64,000 nt of DNA from the NCBI RefSeq assembly GCF_009914755.1, contig NC_060946.1. One strand, 5' to 3'. Shown piece by piece: positions 1 through 17,929 of the stretch (positions are counted from its first letter, which is position 1; each line of letters begins with the position of its first letter). Source of the stretch: the human T2T-CHM13v2.0 reference genome, Homo sapiens. The notes beneath the pieces were generated by a model, which saw nothing but the letters and a program-made list of their open reading frames with translations, was not told the DNA's origin and searched no databases. Made by a program: the position numbers and the translations under genes.

Positions 1-2190
1 ATGGTGCTATCATCCATTCAGCTTCTGGGGAGGCCCCAGGGAGCCTTTACTCTTGGCAAAAGTTAAAAAGTGGGAGCTTCCACATCACATGGCAAAGCAG
101 AAGCAAGAGAGAGAGTTGTGGGGGAGGTGCAACATCCTTAAACAGCAAGATCTCATGAGTACTCACTCACTATTGCAAGGATAGCACCAAGCCATGAGGT
201 ATCTGTCCCCCTGGCCCAAATGCCTCCCATTAGGTCCCACCACCAGCATCGGGAATTAAAATTGCATAAGATTTGGCAGGGACAAACATCCAAACTATAT
301 CATTCCACCCCAGGACAAGCCCCAAATCTCATGTTTTTCTCACATTGCAAAATACCATCATGCCTTCCCAATAGTCCTCCAAAGCCTTAACTCATTTCAG
401 CATTAACTCAAAAGTCCCAAGTCCAAGTTCTCATCTGAGGCAAGGCAAGTCTTTTCCACCTATGAGCCTGTAAAATCAAAAACAAGTTATTTACTTCAAG
501 ACACAATTGGGGTACAGGCATTGTGGTACAGGCATTCCCATCCCCAAAGGGGTAACTTGGCCAAAAGAAAGAGGTTACATGCCCCACATGAGTTTGAAAT
601 CTACCAGGGCAGTCGTTAAATCTTAAACCTCAAAAATAATCCCCTTTGACTATGTGTCCCACATCCAGGGTACACTGGTGCAGGGGGTAGGCTCCCAAGG
701 TCTTGGGCAAACTCTGTCCCTGCATCTCTGCAGGGTACAGCCCCCACAGCTGCTTTCAGGGGTTGGGGTTAAGTGCCTACAATTTTCCCAGGCACAGAGT
801 GCAAGATGCCAGTGGATCCACTATTCTGGAATCTGGAAGATGATGGTTCCTTCTTACAGCTCCTCTAGAAAGTACCCCATTGAAGACTGTGTGGGGGTCC
901 AACCCCACATTTCCACTTGGTACTGCCCTAGGAGAGGTTCTCTGTGATGGCTCCACCCCTGCAGCAGGCTTCTGCCTAAACACCCAGGCTTTCTCATACG
1001 TCCTCTGAAATATAGGCAGAGAATGCCAAGCCATCACTCTTGCACTCTGCATGCCCATAGGCTTAACACCACATGGAAGTTTCCGAGGCTTATAGCTTGC
1101 ACCCTCTGAAGCAGTAGCCTGAGCTGTATCGGGGGTCTTCTGAGTTGAGACTGCTGCTGAAGTGGCCAGGATGTGGGGAGCAGTGTCCCCGGGCTGTGTG
1201 GAGCAGTAAAGTCCTGGCCCTCAAAAGCATTCTTTCCTCTTAGTCCTCAAGGTCTGTGATGTGATGGACTGCCATGGAGATCTCTGGAATGCATGTAAGG
1301 CCTTTTCCCCATTGTCTTGGCTATCAGCATCTGGCTTTCATTTTAATTATGCAACTCTCTAGCAAGTGTTTGCTCCACAGCCTGCTCAAATTCTTCTCCT
1401 GGAAAAAGCTTTTTTCTTTCTTTGTCACATGGCCAGACTGCAAATTTTCCAAATTTTTCTGGTCTGCTTCCTGTTTAAACATAAATTCCAGCTTTAAGTC
1501 ATTTCTTTGCTCCTGGATCTGAGTATAGAAGCAGTGAGACCACACCTTGAATGCTTTCCTGCTTAAAAATGTCTTCCATCAGACACTCTAAATCATCATT
1601 CTTAAGTTTGAACTTCCACAAATTCCTAGGGCATGAACAGAATGCAGCCATTTAACCAGTCTCTAAGAAATTTCAAACTTTTCCTCATCTTTCTGTCTTC
1701 TTCTGAGCCCCCCAAACTCTTCCAACCTCTGCCTGTTACTCACTTCCAAAGTCACTTCCACATTTTCATGTATCTTTATAGCAAAACACCACTCTTCAGT
1801 ACCAATTTTCTGTGTTAGGCCATTCTTTCATTGCTATAAAGAAATACCTGAGGCTGGGTAATTTATAAAGAAAAAATGTTTAATTGGTTCACAATTCTAC
1901 AGGCTGTACAAATGTGGTGCTGGTATCTGCTCGGCTTTTGGGGAGGCCTCAGGGAGCTTTTACTCATAACAGAAGGTGAGGCAGAAGCTTGCACATCACA
2001 AGGCAAAAGTGGGAGCAAAAGAGAGTGGGAGGGAGGTGCCACACCCTTAAACAACCAGATCTCACAAGTACTCATTCACTATTGCAAGGACAGGACCGAT
2101 TCATGAGAGATCTGCCCCCATGACCAAAGCACCTCCCACCAGACCCCACCTCCAACACTGAGGATTATATTTCAACATGAGATTTGGACA
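1..2190 (-). mobile_element. MSTB-type MaLR (ERVL-MaLR) provirus: 3' LTR 1-302 (cut by window edge), internal region 303-1810, 5' LTR 1811-~2190
   Basis: Two similar LTR copies (..cttctggggaggcc(c/t)caggga.. and ..ccaaactatatca terminus at 302; tgtgttaggccattc start at 1811). Purine tract ggggtggaa lies next to the 3' LTR on the minus strand. Minus ORF 777-1058 (FQRTYEKAWVFRQKPAAGVEPSQRTS) resembles the MaLR internal ORF. Confidence 0.9.
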
Positions 2191-4429
2191 AGGTCATTAA
2201 GTGCCTCTTTGCCACTGGGGAAATGCTGATCAAAATCAGTGCTGAGCAGTGGAGCTGACAAGTCCCCCTCGCAGACATTCTCGCTGCACTGGGTACGCAT
2301 CTGCCCAGGAGTGGGGAACACAGGGGCTGGACACAGGTCCTCCTTCTGACACTGTGTATTCCTTTATGTAAAATGGGAGAAAGATACTTAGACCAGGACA
2401 GCTTCTCACGTCCCTTCCACTCCAAACTCCCTGACCTATGACCCGGTTTCCTGCATGAGGCCTGGTGTGTAAAAGGCTCCCCTCTGCTGTACCCATGTGG
2501 CTCTTTGTTTGCATAGAGGAGGAACAAAGGAGTGATTCTGGTTTCATAAAATAACTTATACACTTGGCCTCCCTTAAGTTGTGCGTGTCACTGGCAGCTG
2601 TTTATTGAGCACTGATGGGATGCCAGGCCCTGTTTCAGGCAGGATTGTCTTAGGTCCCCGTGTGCCAAAATCTACATTTTACAGGGCTTAACTACAGATT
2701 TCTACACCCTCCTGGTGATGTGATACCATTTCACCACTAATCTGAAAAGGGAGCTCCCTCTGTAGTCTGTGTTTGCCCACCTAGGACTTCAGGGGGCCCA
2801 GGGCTGCTTCCCCCCATGCTGCTCTGCTCCTCCAGGAGGCCCAGCCTCCCTCTAGGTGATTGGGAGAGAAAAGATTCCCTTGTGGTGACTCAGGTGAGAG
2901 GGCTCAGAGCCCTGCAGCCTGGTGCTGAACCCGGGTGTTAGTTCAGAAATCAAAGCCTGTGCTTTGAGTTCTTTGAGATTAAGCTCACGCAGGGTTACAC
3001 AGCAAGGAGGGAGACTGGGTTCAAGACCCAGTCCTGCCTTTTTGCTGCTCACAGGCTGGTGGGAAGAGACCATTACTGTTCCCCGCAGGAGCCCAGTAGC
3101 AAAGTGCCAGGACCCTGGACCTGTGTGGGGCCCTGGGACGCCCCCCCCTCAGCAGGGAAAGCGGGCCTCAGTGGTGTGTGGTTTGCTCCCTACAGCAGCA
3201 CCCCTGCAGAATCCTGGGGTGCAGTGTGCTTTCCTTGAGGGGAGGAGTGTTGAGGATTGCCTGGCTGCCTGGAGAAGAGGGTGAGAGGGGCAGCAAGAAA
3301 GGCAGGGTCTCCAGTGGACCTTATTCCTCAGGCACTGGGAGCCCTTGTAGGTTCTTGACAAGAGGAAGAGCCATGTGAGGCAAGTGGACTTACCTGTGGG
3401 GTGTCTGGGTGATTTCTGCTCATAGTCGACTCTGAAGAAATGGTCAGAGATGAAAAGATAAGGTGTTTGGACAGCTGCCTGAACCCTGATGTGAAGAGTA
3501 GGATTCAAATATGACTCTGAAAAGGCAAGTGCCTGCAGGTCAGAGGGGAGGTGGGCAGGTCTGGCCAGCAACAGCCTTTGGAGCTGGGCCACCTGGACCC
3601 TCAGTCCAGCAGTCCCCAGGGAGAGAAAAGCTGGGGTGGATGGCACTTGCTGACTGCTTCCTTTGGCCCTGCCCCATGGGACACGCAAAGACTATGGGCT
3701 GATTCCAGCACAGCCCTTCAGGATGCGCCCACTCTGCCAGTCCCCCTGAGGCAAATGCACTGACCCCTGACACCTGGGGCTGGTGCTGGCCACTCTGGAC
3801 ACAGTGCAGTGGGAGTGGGAGAAGGAGGCCCCCAGCAGCTCATTGGTTAGCAACTGACCTTGGTGTAAGAAGGGGTGCTCACAGACCGGGATGGCAGAGG
3901 CCATGTTTGCCACTGTCCTAAAGCCTAAAGCAGCCTGTGGAATGTGGGTGGGGTGAACTGGCTGAGTGGCTGTATCATAGGGCCTGTTGGAGAGAGTCCT
4001 TTGCTGAGGAGCAGAGGAAGGAGGCCATGGCAGTCACCCAGGCAAGGGAAGCTGGATCAAGTGGGTGGAGCAGTGGGGCAGCCAGGGGCGGAGCATGAGG
4101 AGGTAAATCCAGGTGCCTGATCTGAGGACCAGGCAGAGTAGCAGTGGACAAAGACACCAGGCCCTGAGTTGGCCACTTGCCCTCCAAGGGTCTGAGCTGG
4201 GCTTTACAGCTTCCAGGGGTGTGGGAATTGCAGGGAGGGGTCTTCTACCCAGGGCCCTCACCCATGGCCAGGCCCTCTGGAAGAAGTGGGCAGCCCCTCT
4301 GCAGCCCAGGAGTCCACCCTCCCCAGGGAGCCAGCAGAGGCTGGCTGTAGAGAGGAGCTCTGGAAGTGAGGGAATGATGGACTTTCTGGGCTAACCCTAT
4401 GTTCCCTCCCTCCTTCTGTGTCCTCTGTG

Positions 4430-4940
4430 CAAGCCACAGCCCAGGAAGCCAAGGCCCTCCTGGATGCAGGGCATCCTGGGAAGGGCACTGGGCTACTGAC
4501 TACTGGCCATCCTGGCTGGTGGCAACAGTGCCTGTCACCTGCATCTGCTGGCTGCCTGATCAAACTGCATGAGTTTGGAGGCTTTGGGGGCCTGGACAAT
4601 GTGCTCTAGGAAGGTTCAGGGGATGACAACCTCCCAAGATGGATAGAGACTTCTGCAATTGGGGTTGCCTGCTGCTGAGCCTGAAGGACAAGGTGAGGGC
4701 AAAGAGGCCTTTGCCCAGGCCCTTAAGCTGGGGCTCACTTTGGCCGAGAATAGCCTGTGCCGGGCCCCAACAGTACAGGTGTTTCTGTGTCATGGACAAT
4801 GCTGCCTGGAGGAGCAGTGCTACACAGAGGCTTGGATGACAGCCGAGATCTTTCTCCTGGTGGACCCCGATCACCATGGCCTGAAGAGGCTGAAGGCCAG
4901 GGTCCAAAGAGAGGCATCGTCAGATTGCCAGCTCCACTGA
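4430..4940 (+). pseudogene. TTC34: Decayed copy of the TTC34 (tetratricopeptide repeat domain 34) last coding exon, with several frameshifts and stops
   Basis: Stitched frames read QATAQEAKALLDAG / ALGY*LLAILAGGNSACHL / CLIKLHEFGGFGGLDNVL*E / DFCNWGCLLLSL / AFAQALKL..ENSLCRAPT..GQCCLEEQCYTEAW..LLVDPDHHGLKRLKARVQREASSDCQLH*. This matches my recollection of the TTC34 C-terminus (..GQCCLEEQRHAEAW..VDPDHRGLKRLKARIRREASSGCWLQ). It is preceded by ctaac plus a pyrimidine tract (4391-4426). Confidence 0.78.
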
Positions 4941-7060
4941 TGGGAGACAAACAACCTCTCAGGCCTAATCATAGGCCCACCCTAACATTTTCATCCAATG
5001 CCCAGGCTCAGGAATACACCTGGCTCCCTCAAACTGGGAATGTGCCAACCTGCCCTCCCAGCCTTTCCAGCCCCAGGGTGGGTCGGTGCTGGACAACCAG
5101 CCTCATACCTTTTTGTCTTGGGAAGCAAAGGGGCAGCTTCCTGCTTACATGGAGGGAATGTCCTGGGAGACTTACAGTTTCTTCTACCATGAATAACCTC
5201 ACCCTTGAAGTTGGAGCCCTCTTGACCCATACCTGGGGTTCAGACCCAGAAGCAGCATCCCTGGGCCTTGTTCCTGACCTGGGATCCCGCAGGATGGAAT
5301 TTAGGCCCCACCCTGTGGCCCTGGAGGAGGTAGTGCCATGCCCTCCTTGGGCATGAAGCTGACTTTGATTTTGATCCTGGCCTGAGCCTAGGGCCAGCGT
5401 GCAACAGAGCCTAGGAAAGCATCCTTCCCCAAAGATAGAACTCCCAAATGGGCCCAGCCAGCTGAGACCCATGGAGCTGACCTTTCAAAGTGCATTCATG
5501 GGGTCCTCCATGGAGAATCCAGTGCCTGAGCCATCACCTACAGCCCCGGCGGTTGATCTTACAGTCCTCTGCAGCCCGGCTTCCAAGCAGAGACCACCAA
5601 GGGTTCCCCTAATGAGCAGGGTTCCCTGGTTTTCACTGGTCTCATCTCCCCACAAAACTGTCAGAATGTAAATTGGTGCTTCCAAAGAGCATGAGAACAA
5701 CGTGTTCTTTGTGGATTCGCCATCCTGTGCAGTCTCACTTGCTGCAAGTGCTTGGGAAACCTCTCTTGCATAGGGCAGAGGATGTCAGCCCCATTACTGT
5801 GGGTTTCACAGATGTGAGGGCCAAGCTGGAGGGTTTTCTCTCATGTCCATGAGGAGAGATGTGCTGGGTAGGCAGGCTTGGCATGAATCCTGTCTCTGAG
5901 CTCCTTCCTGGGTCTGCCTGCAGGGACAGGGCCACAGCCACCTGTCCTGGCTTCTCTCTCCTTCTGCCAGCCACTGTAATTTGCCTCCTCACTTGTTGGC
6001 CTCCTTCTCTACCCCTTCCTTCCATGGTCTTGAACCCAGGAACAAACCCCCTGCCCTTACCTCCAACTCAGCTCTAGAATCATCTGACAGACCCCTGAGC
6101 CAGTCCATGGGCTCAGGCAGTGAGATGGCCCTGGTCCTCGACCTGCAACATGCCTCACCCCATGCCTCTGGTACCTGCCTACTCCAGGCAGCAGGTTAGG
6201 GGCCAGGTAGTGTTGGTGGCCCTCTTCCTCCTGAGGCCCCACCCACTATACATCATCCCTTCATGGTGAGGGAGACTTCAGCCCTCAATGCCACCTTCAT
6301 CTTGGCTGGTGCCACCTGGGACCTGCTGGGCTGTAGCCACAAGAGGCTGAGCAAAAGGTGAGTGCCTCCCACAAGGACGACCAAGGGGATGTGGACACCA
6401 CAGAGTGGGAGAAGGCTCTGAGGGAGGCCCTTCAGCCCTGCTTCACCTCCTCACTTTCCCCACTTGGAATTTTCAAACAGTTTCTGCTCTTCTGTGATTT
6501 CCTAATGCACATTCCTCACCAAGTTACTCCTTTGTCTGGCCACCCACCATCTCTCCATCTGTCCTTCTGTCTGTGTTTCCATCCATGCACTCGTTGGCCC
6601 AACAAACACCTGCTGACAACCCAGGAGCCAGGTGTAGGACCAGGTGCAGGGGTACAGGCAAGTCCCTTTTGTCAGCTGGGTGTCCTGGAACCAAGGGAAT
6701 GAGGCCAGGGCTGGTACAGAGGGGCTGAGTTGCAGCAGAAGACCCAGCCCCTGAGCTGCAGCACAGAGTGGAGGTAGTGGGGAGCTGTCACCTGGGTATG
6801 CCACCCTTTCCCCTGTGCCATCACTCCTGCCATCCTCCTCAGCTGGGGTGTCCTGCCCAATCCGTCCATGCAAGGCCATGTCAGAGCTCATCACGCTAAT
6901 TGCACACATGGCCAGCCAAACCAAAACTCCTTCAGAGCCTTCTGGGCCTCTCCCAGCCCCTGGTGTTTCTCCCTCACCAGGGAGCAGCACCTTTTGCCAG
7001 TGACTCATCTGGCAGGTATCTCAAGTCAGCCCTTGCCTGGCCTGGCACCTTGCTGTGGTC

Positions 7061-7194
7061 TGAATGGGCTCAACTGGCTGAAAGTATTATCAATAGAAAG
7101 GAATGTTCAGGTTCTTCAATTTTAGAGTGCCCTGGCCTAGAAGAAAGCCCATTCAGATGGTTCAGGGACCTTAGAATTTAATTTTTTGTTTACA
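7061..7194 (-). mobile_element. MER4-family (ERV1) LTR 5'-terminal fragment(s)
   Basis: Minus strand starts tgtaaacaaaaaattaaattctaagg..ccatctgaatgg..ggccagggcactctaaaatt, the MER4 LTR start. 7061-7115 is a further internal MER4 piece. Confidence 0.75.
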
Positions 7195-7353
7195 GGCTGA
7201 TGTATTTTCTCCCTAAAATATATAGAAGCAAGCTGTATCCTGACCACCTTGGGCACATGCTGTCAGGACCTCCTGAGGCAGTGTCATGGGCATGTCCTTA
7301 AACTAGGCAGAACAAACTTTCTTAATTAACTGAGACCTGTCTCAGATGTTTTT
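7195..7353 (+). mobile_element. MER4A-like LTR 3' part
   Basis: ctccctaaaat..gaccaccttgggcacatg..tcaggacctcctgagg..aattaactgagacctgtctcagat is the MER4A-type 3' end. Confidence 0.75.
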
Positions 7354-7354
7354 G

Positions 7355-8149
<795 letters not shown>

Positions 8150-8581
8150 AATCAATACATATAAGATTTGCACTGGTTTGATCTCAGGGTGCAAAGTGGG
8201 GGCTTCCAGGTCATAGGTAGATTTAAACATACCCTGATTGGCAATTGGTTGAAAGAGTTATTATCAATAGAAAGGAATGTCTGGGGTAAGATAAGGGGTT
8301 GTGGAGACTAAAGTTTTATTATGCAGATGAAGCCTCCAGGTAGCAGGGTTCAGAGAGAATAGATCGGAAAGAAACCTAAGATCTGAAAATCTGTGTTGAT
8401 GTTAATGCTGGTTGGCTTTTCCTGAATTCTGAAAGGGAAGAGGGCATAATGAGGCATATCCAAACCTCCCTTCCCATCATGGCCCAAACCAATTTTCAGG
8501 TTAACTTTGGAACGCCCTGGTCCAGAGGAAGGGTCCATTCAGATGATCAGGACATCTTCAGAATTTTATTTTTGGTTTACA
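8150..8581 (-). mobile_element. MER4A-like LTR, 5' ~430 bp
   Basis: Ends ..gaattttatttttggtttaca (reverse complement of the TGTAAACCAAAAATAAAATTC start). Inverted similarity to 7430-7600. Confidence 0.85.
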
Positions 8582-8589
8582 TAACTTAG

Positions 8590-9110
8590 GAATGAGGATT
8601 AAACTCTGACCTTTTTTTCTTCTCTTGCCCAGATTTCTATCTAATGTGTCCGGGGAATCATGGTCTATAAACCATAAAATCTTGTTAGACAGTTTTTTGT
8701 TTTTTTAGGTTAACGCTGTATAATGTGGCTTACTTTCCAACCTGACTCTGGTATGGCATCATACGACAGCAGACTCTGAAGGAAAATGAAAGTATTTTAC
8801 TCCAAAATATATTTTTTGACATATTTTGAAATGGCTGTCACAGGGCCAACACATTAAAATGGCCCTGCAAGGATTTCTTTTGTGGAGGAAATTTTGCACA
8901 TGGAGAGAATCTCCATTAATGCAGTCAGGCCTTCCTTTTCTAGGCCTTTCCTGGATCTAGGAGAGATTAACTGAGAGTCTGACACCTTTAATGTCTGAAA
9001 AGAGACATTCACCATCTATTCTCTTGGAGGGCTACCACCTAAGAGCCTTCATCCCCATAACAAGGGCCTTGGCCCCCACAAGTCACTAGACATTCCTTTC
9101 TAGTGATTTC
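8590..9110 (+). mobile_element. ERV1 MER4-group LTR fragment, possibly the 5' LTR of the following provirus (subfamily unassigned)
   Basis: gacatattttgaaatggc..ggccctgcaa..gagaatctccattaatgcag..gagagtctgacacc..agagacattcaccatctattctc motifs. The 3' end and PBS are not visible. Confidence 0.65.
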
Positions 9111-9114
9111 AGGT

Positions 9115-9800
9115 TTTACAAATAGCTGAAATGTGCCCCTGGGTGACAAGGGGCCAATTGGGAGTGTCTGGGGGTGACTCCCCATGACGTGCAGTGGCCC
9201 TAGAGGAAATCCCTTAACAAAATTAATTAAAAGAAGGCTCATCCAGGAAACACATATAAAAGAGCTGTTTACTCAGTGTTTTATGCCCTCTTGGAGATAA
9301 TAGACCGCTGAAGAGAGACACGTAAGGGGGCGGAAATAACTCAATGGTGAAATGCTATGGAGTCCTGACCACAATCGGCACACTCTGTTCTGACACAGTA
9401 AACCCTAGGGCACAGTTTGTTCTTCCTTTTTAAGAAAAATGGGAAATAAATCCTCTAAAAAGGAGGAAAAGCAAGGAGAGTGGCCCCCTTTGGGCATCTC
9501 AGTTGGCTTTATGTTTGGTAATTATGGCACTACTACTTGCAAGTATTTATATAAATGGGAAGATCTTACTAAGGATGACCTAGGTCTAAGGTTTCCAAAA
9601 CAGTTGATATTTCCAAATTGGTTTTCTTGCATACTAAATTAAAGAAATTAGGCTCCCAAATCAAGGAAAATGAATGATAGCTGTATTTTAGCTGGTACTT
9701 AGAATCATCCAAAAGAGAGAATGATAAGCCTCCCTCCAGGAAGTTAATAAGAAAATATTTGAGACTGTCTTGGAATTAAAGAAATTAGCAGAAACCGGCC
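9115..9800 (+). mobile_element. Class I ERV leader and gag matrix remnant
   Basis: ORF 9439-9642 MGNKSSK..PPLG..GFMF..YG..TCKYL.KW...TKD.L.LRFPK has a myristoylation-type Gag start typical of MER4-group/HEPSI internal regions. Confidence 0.75.
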
Positions 9801-9950
9801 TGCGACCCTTTAGTTTCTTGCTACTGGGAACCCACGTGCATGTCACAAAAGATCAATAAACTTTTAAAGGTGAATGTTGTCCAGATTGCATGACCGTCCC
9901 CATACCAGTCCCGAGAGGAGGCACTTAGGCCCACTGCAATGTTCCTGAAG

Positions 9951-9981
9951 GAGGAAGTGACTTGGCCAAGGTCGCACAGCT
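9951..9981 (-). mobile_element. MIR core fragment
   Basis: gaagtgacttggccaaggtcgcacagct matches the MIR core. Confidence 0.55.
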
Positions 9982-10595
9982 CTTCTGAAGTCCTGGGACT
10001 TATCAGATCTCTTTCCAGAGGCTGCATGGCAACAGCTTGGGAACCCGCCACAAGTGAGATTTCTCGAACGTGCTGCGTGGGCTGCCAGGAGATTGGCCTT
10101 CTGGACCAAGACCCCAGACGGAGAGGACTTGAATATCATGTTCCCCTCAGCCGCTGGCATGTCTGCCTTCGAGGTGCCCAGACCCGCTCTGCTTGGTGAA
10201 TTGTGAATTATTACAAGTAAGCACTGTACCAACTATGTCAGAAAAAAAGATCACTGTGTGTGCTCCAGTACTCCACTAGTTGAAACCAGCCTTGTGCTCC
10301 AGATTCCCACCCATCAGGAGGGTCCACTGATGAGCAAACCTAGAATATGTGGAACGCTTTTTAGGGGATGGAGACAAGCTAATTCACTGAGCACCTGCTT
10401 TGTGCCCAGTCCGACACCATGACTGGAGTGAGATGTGGAGCCAAGCTAGGCTGAAGGGTGCTTATCATCTGGCTGGAGGCATCTACAAAGGAGAATAGTA
10501 AAGGATATTTTCCTGGGAAGTAATGCACACATTCTGAAATCTACCCCTGGGCTTTTATGGTTCTAAATGTCTCCTTTTTGCTACATCCAGAAAAG

Positions 10596-10705
10596 ACCTT
10601 GCAGATCATTGATTCTAACTCTTGAATTTATAAAGAAGAAAAAACTAGTGCCCAACTAAGGGAAGGATCTTGCCAAAAGTCACACAGTAGGTAAGTGGCA
10701 AAGCT
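10596..10705 (-). mobile_element. MIR (MIR3/MIRc-like) fragment
   Basis: accttgcagatcat..aaaaaactagtgccca..cttgccaaaagtcacacagtaggtaagtggcaaagct aligns by eye with the MIR core region. Confidence 0.65.
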
Positions 10706-10940
10706 CATACTGCCTCACCTACTGAGAAGGTTCGGCCTTTAGGACAGAGCTGCTGTGCACCCAATGAGAGAAAATTGTATCCAGTGGTCCAGGGTGGGTA
10801 CGTTTGAGGCTGTGGGTTAAAAGGAACATTCCACAGCCCCAGATATTTTCTTCCTAAGAAATGTGATGAGAGGGGCTCAAAAATGTCCACTGGAAAGATT
10901 TTTATTTTATTTTTTTCAATAATAACTTTCATATTAGAAA

Positions 10941-11306
<366 letters not shown>

Positions 11307-11605
11307 TCATGTTTGAAAAAACATTCAAATATTTAGGGACCCTTCTGAAAACTTTGAGCATGGTGGAAGTGATGCGTTACTAAATTCTAGATTTGCACAA
11401 GGCTTAGATGATGAGTTAGTGACTTCAATAAAGTGAAATAATGTGGCTGGGGCTTCTTTGCCCACTAGTCATCAAGTCCCCACAGCTGACCAGTTGTCAC
11501 AAATGATCACCGAGAAGGAAAAGGAAACATCCTTTAAGGTCATGAGTTCACAGCAAAAACAACTTAGTAACAAAGTAGGAAAGTTGTAAGTGTTCCGTTT
11601 TCTGT

Positions 11606-13293
11606 TCCTCACAGAGATCGCAAAAAGACAAAAAAAGCAATGTGCCACTATTGCAAGAAGAAAGGACATCTTAGAAAGGATTGCATGAAACACAAACAGG
11701 TGCTTGCACAACGGGAGAAGACTCCAGAGTAAGGCACCAAAATAACTGAAAAATTAGAATGAAGATGCTCTGAGGGAATAGAGAGGGTTTTCCCTCTACT
11801 TTTAACAAACAAGGAGAAGTGGAAATATCCACAAATAGGGAGAATACTAGAGCCCTTATAGACAACGGCAGCTACACTGTCAGTCCTCAACCCTATCTTG
11901 TTTAAAAACCCTCTCCCTTGGGGACACATAAAAGTGCAAATGGCAGAGATTTTGAACTCCCAAGTTATAGCTTTTCCATCTAATCTTCTTCTTTTTCAAC
12001 TAGAACTAATGGGGCATCTTTTTTTGTAGTAGAGAGTGTGCCCATATACCTGCTGGCACAGGATTTCCCAGATACCCAAAATGCCCACATGTCATTTTCA
12101 CAGAAGGGACATATGATTCTCAACTTGGAAAACACAGAAGACTTACAAAAGCTCATGTGTGATATTATGCTTGCCAAAGTCAATAAAGAATTTGAACAGG
12201 GGTAATTAGAGTCTTATCCAATTTACCAGATTCTTTATGGGCAATTTCTTCCATGGATATCAGGAGAATTAAGTCAGCAGTACCCATAGAGATAACCACA
12301 GATAAACTTAAACCTCTGCCAAACATTAAGCAATATCCCCTTAGACCTGAAGCCTTACTGGGAATCAAACCATTCATGTAGGACTATTTAGAAAAAGGAC
12401 TTGAAGCAGTCCTGGCAGTACACCAATCCTCCCAGTTAAAAAGCCAAATGGAAAAAGCTGGAGATTCGTTCAGGAGTTAAGAGCTATACACTAATAATAC
12501 ACTAATAATTCCTAGAAATCCTGTTGTTCCTAACCCCCACACCTTGCGGTCTAATGTTCCTATCACTGCCAGCCACTTCTCTGCCACTGGCATATGTGAT
12601 GCTTTCTCCAGCTTACCTGTAGAGCAGAACAGCCAATATCTTTTTGCCTTTGCTTGAGAAAATCACCAGTACACATGGACAATCTTGCTTCAGGATATTC
12701 CAAGTGTCCTACTTACTTTTCTCAAATATTAAAGACATTTACATGATATCAAATTTTCTAGCAGAACTATCCTGGTCAATATGTGGATGATTTGTCACTT
12801 TCATCCTCCTTGACAACATGCAGAGAAGACATTGTCCACTTGTCACAACAGCTTGCTTTAAGGGACAAAGATTGTCCAGAGATAAATTGCAATTTTCTCT
12901 CTCTCAAGTTAAATATTTGGGACATGTGATTTCCAGTAGTGGGCTACTAGTAAGCCCTGATGGAGCCTCTGTTGTTATGACATTTCCTGTGCCCAAAACA
13001 AAAAGACAATCAAGAGGGTTCTTAGAGTTAACAACCCATTATGGAAGCTGGATTTGGGATTACTCATTCATGACTCAGCTCTTTCATAAAAAATGAAAAC
13101 AGATCCACTGGACCAAATCTGCTGGGAAGAAAGGGGAACACAACACATAGAGGATCTAAGGAAGGCTCCCACCTGAGTGCCAGCATTAAGCTTCCCAGGC
13201 TTCTGTTTTCTATTTCTATTTCTGTACACACAATTAATAGAAATGTATTTCTATTTCTGTACACACAATTAATGGAAATGCTCTAGGAGTATT
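11606..13293 (+). pseudogene. ERV gag NC - protease - reverse transcriptase remnant
   Basis: CCHC knuckle CHYCKKKGHLRKDC at 11643-11684. Frameshifted protease site ALID-TAATLSVLNP at ~11852-11894. RT motifs IKQYPL, YVDD (12780-12791), VKYLGH and PKTKRQ.RGFL. Many stops and frameshifts. Confidence 0.9.
13276..13293 (+). repeat. L1 target-site duplication copy 1 (aaatgctctaggagtatt); copy 2 is the reverse complement at 19947-19964
   Basis: Exact 18-bp match in inverted orientation, each copy at an L1/ERV pol border. Confidence 0.92.
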
Positions 13294-17671
<4,378 letters not shown>

Positions 17672-17929
17672 TTAGAAAGATATACCAAGGGAGATTCTAT
17701 AGATCTCAAATAACCTCTCAGGGGTCTTGGTTAAAACATTCGGGGTTTTCAACAAAATATTCTATAGCAAGGAAAGCAAGCATGAGAGTTACTGCAGGGT
17801 TCATGAGGACAGGCATGAATTCTCTGGAAAAATGTCTGCTTTGGTTGTTGCTCTGGAGAACGGCTGAACCTCAGCTGTTTTCTAAAATCACAAGTGGGTG
17901 TCAGAGGCCGGTTCAGAAGTCCAGGTGTA

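Noticed and set aside
2330-3045. Possible MIR fragments near 2340-2420 and 2960-3040
   Set aside because: Too degenerate to delimit confidently.
3551-3940. Possible upstream TTC34 exons (GWHLL.., AMFATVLK)
   Set aside because: Only short motif resemblance; no consistent alignment or splice sites can be established by eye.
6240-7010. Exon-like segment with ag/gtgagt donor at 6358 and a 168-aa minus ORF
   Set aside because: No recognisable protein or acceptor; such ORFs are expected in GC-rich DNA. Origin unresolved without a search.
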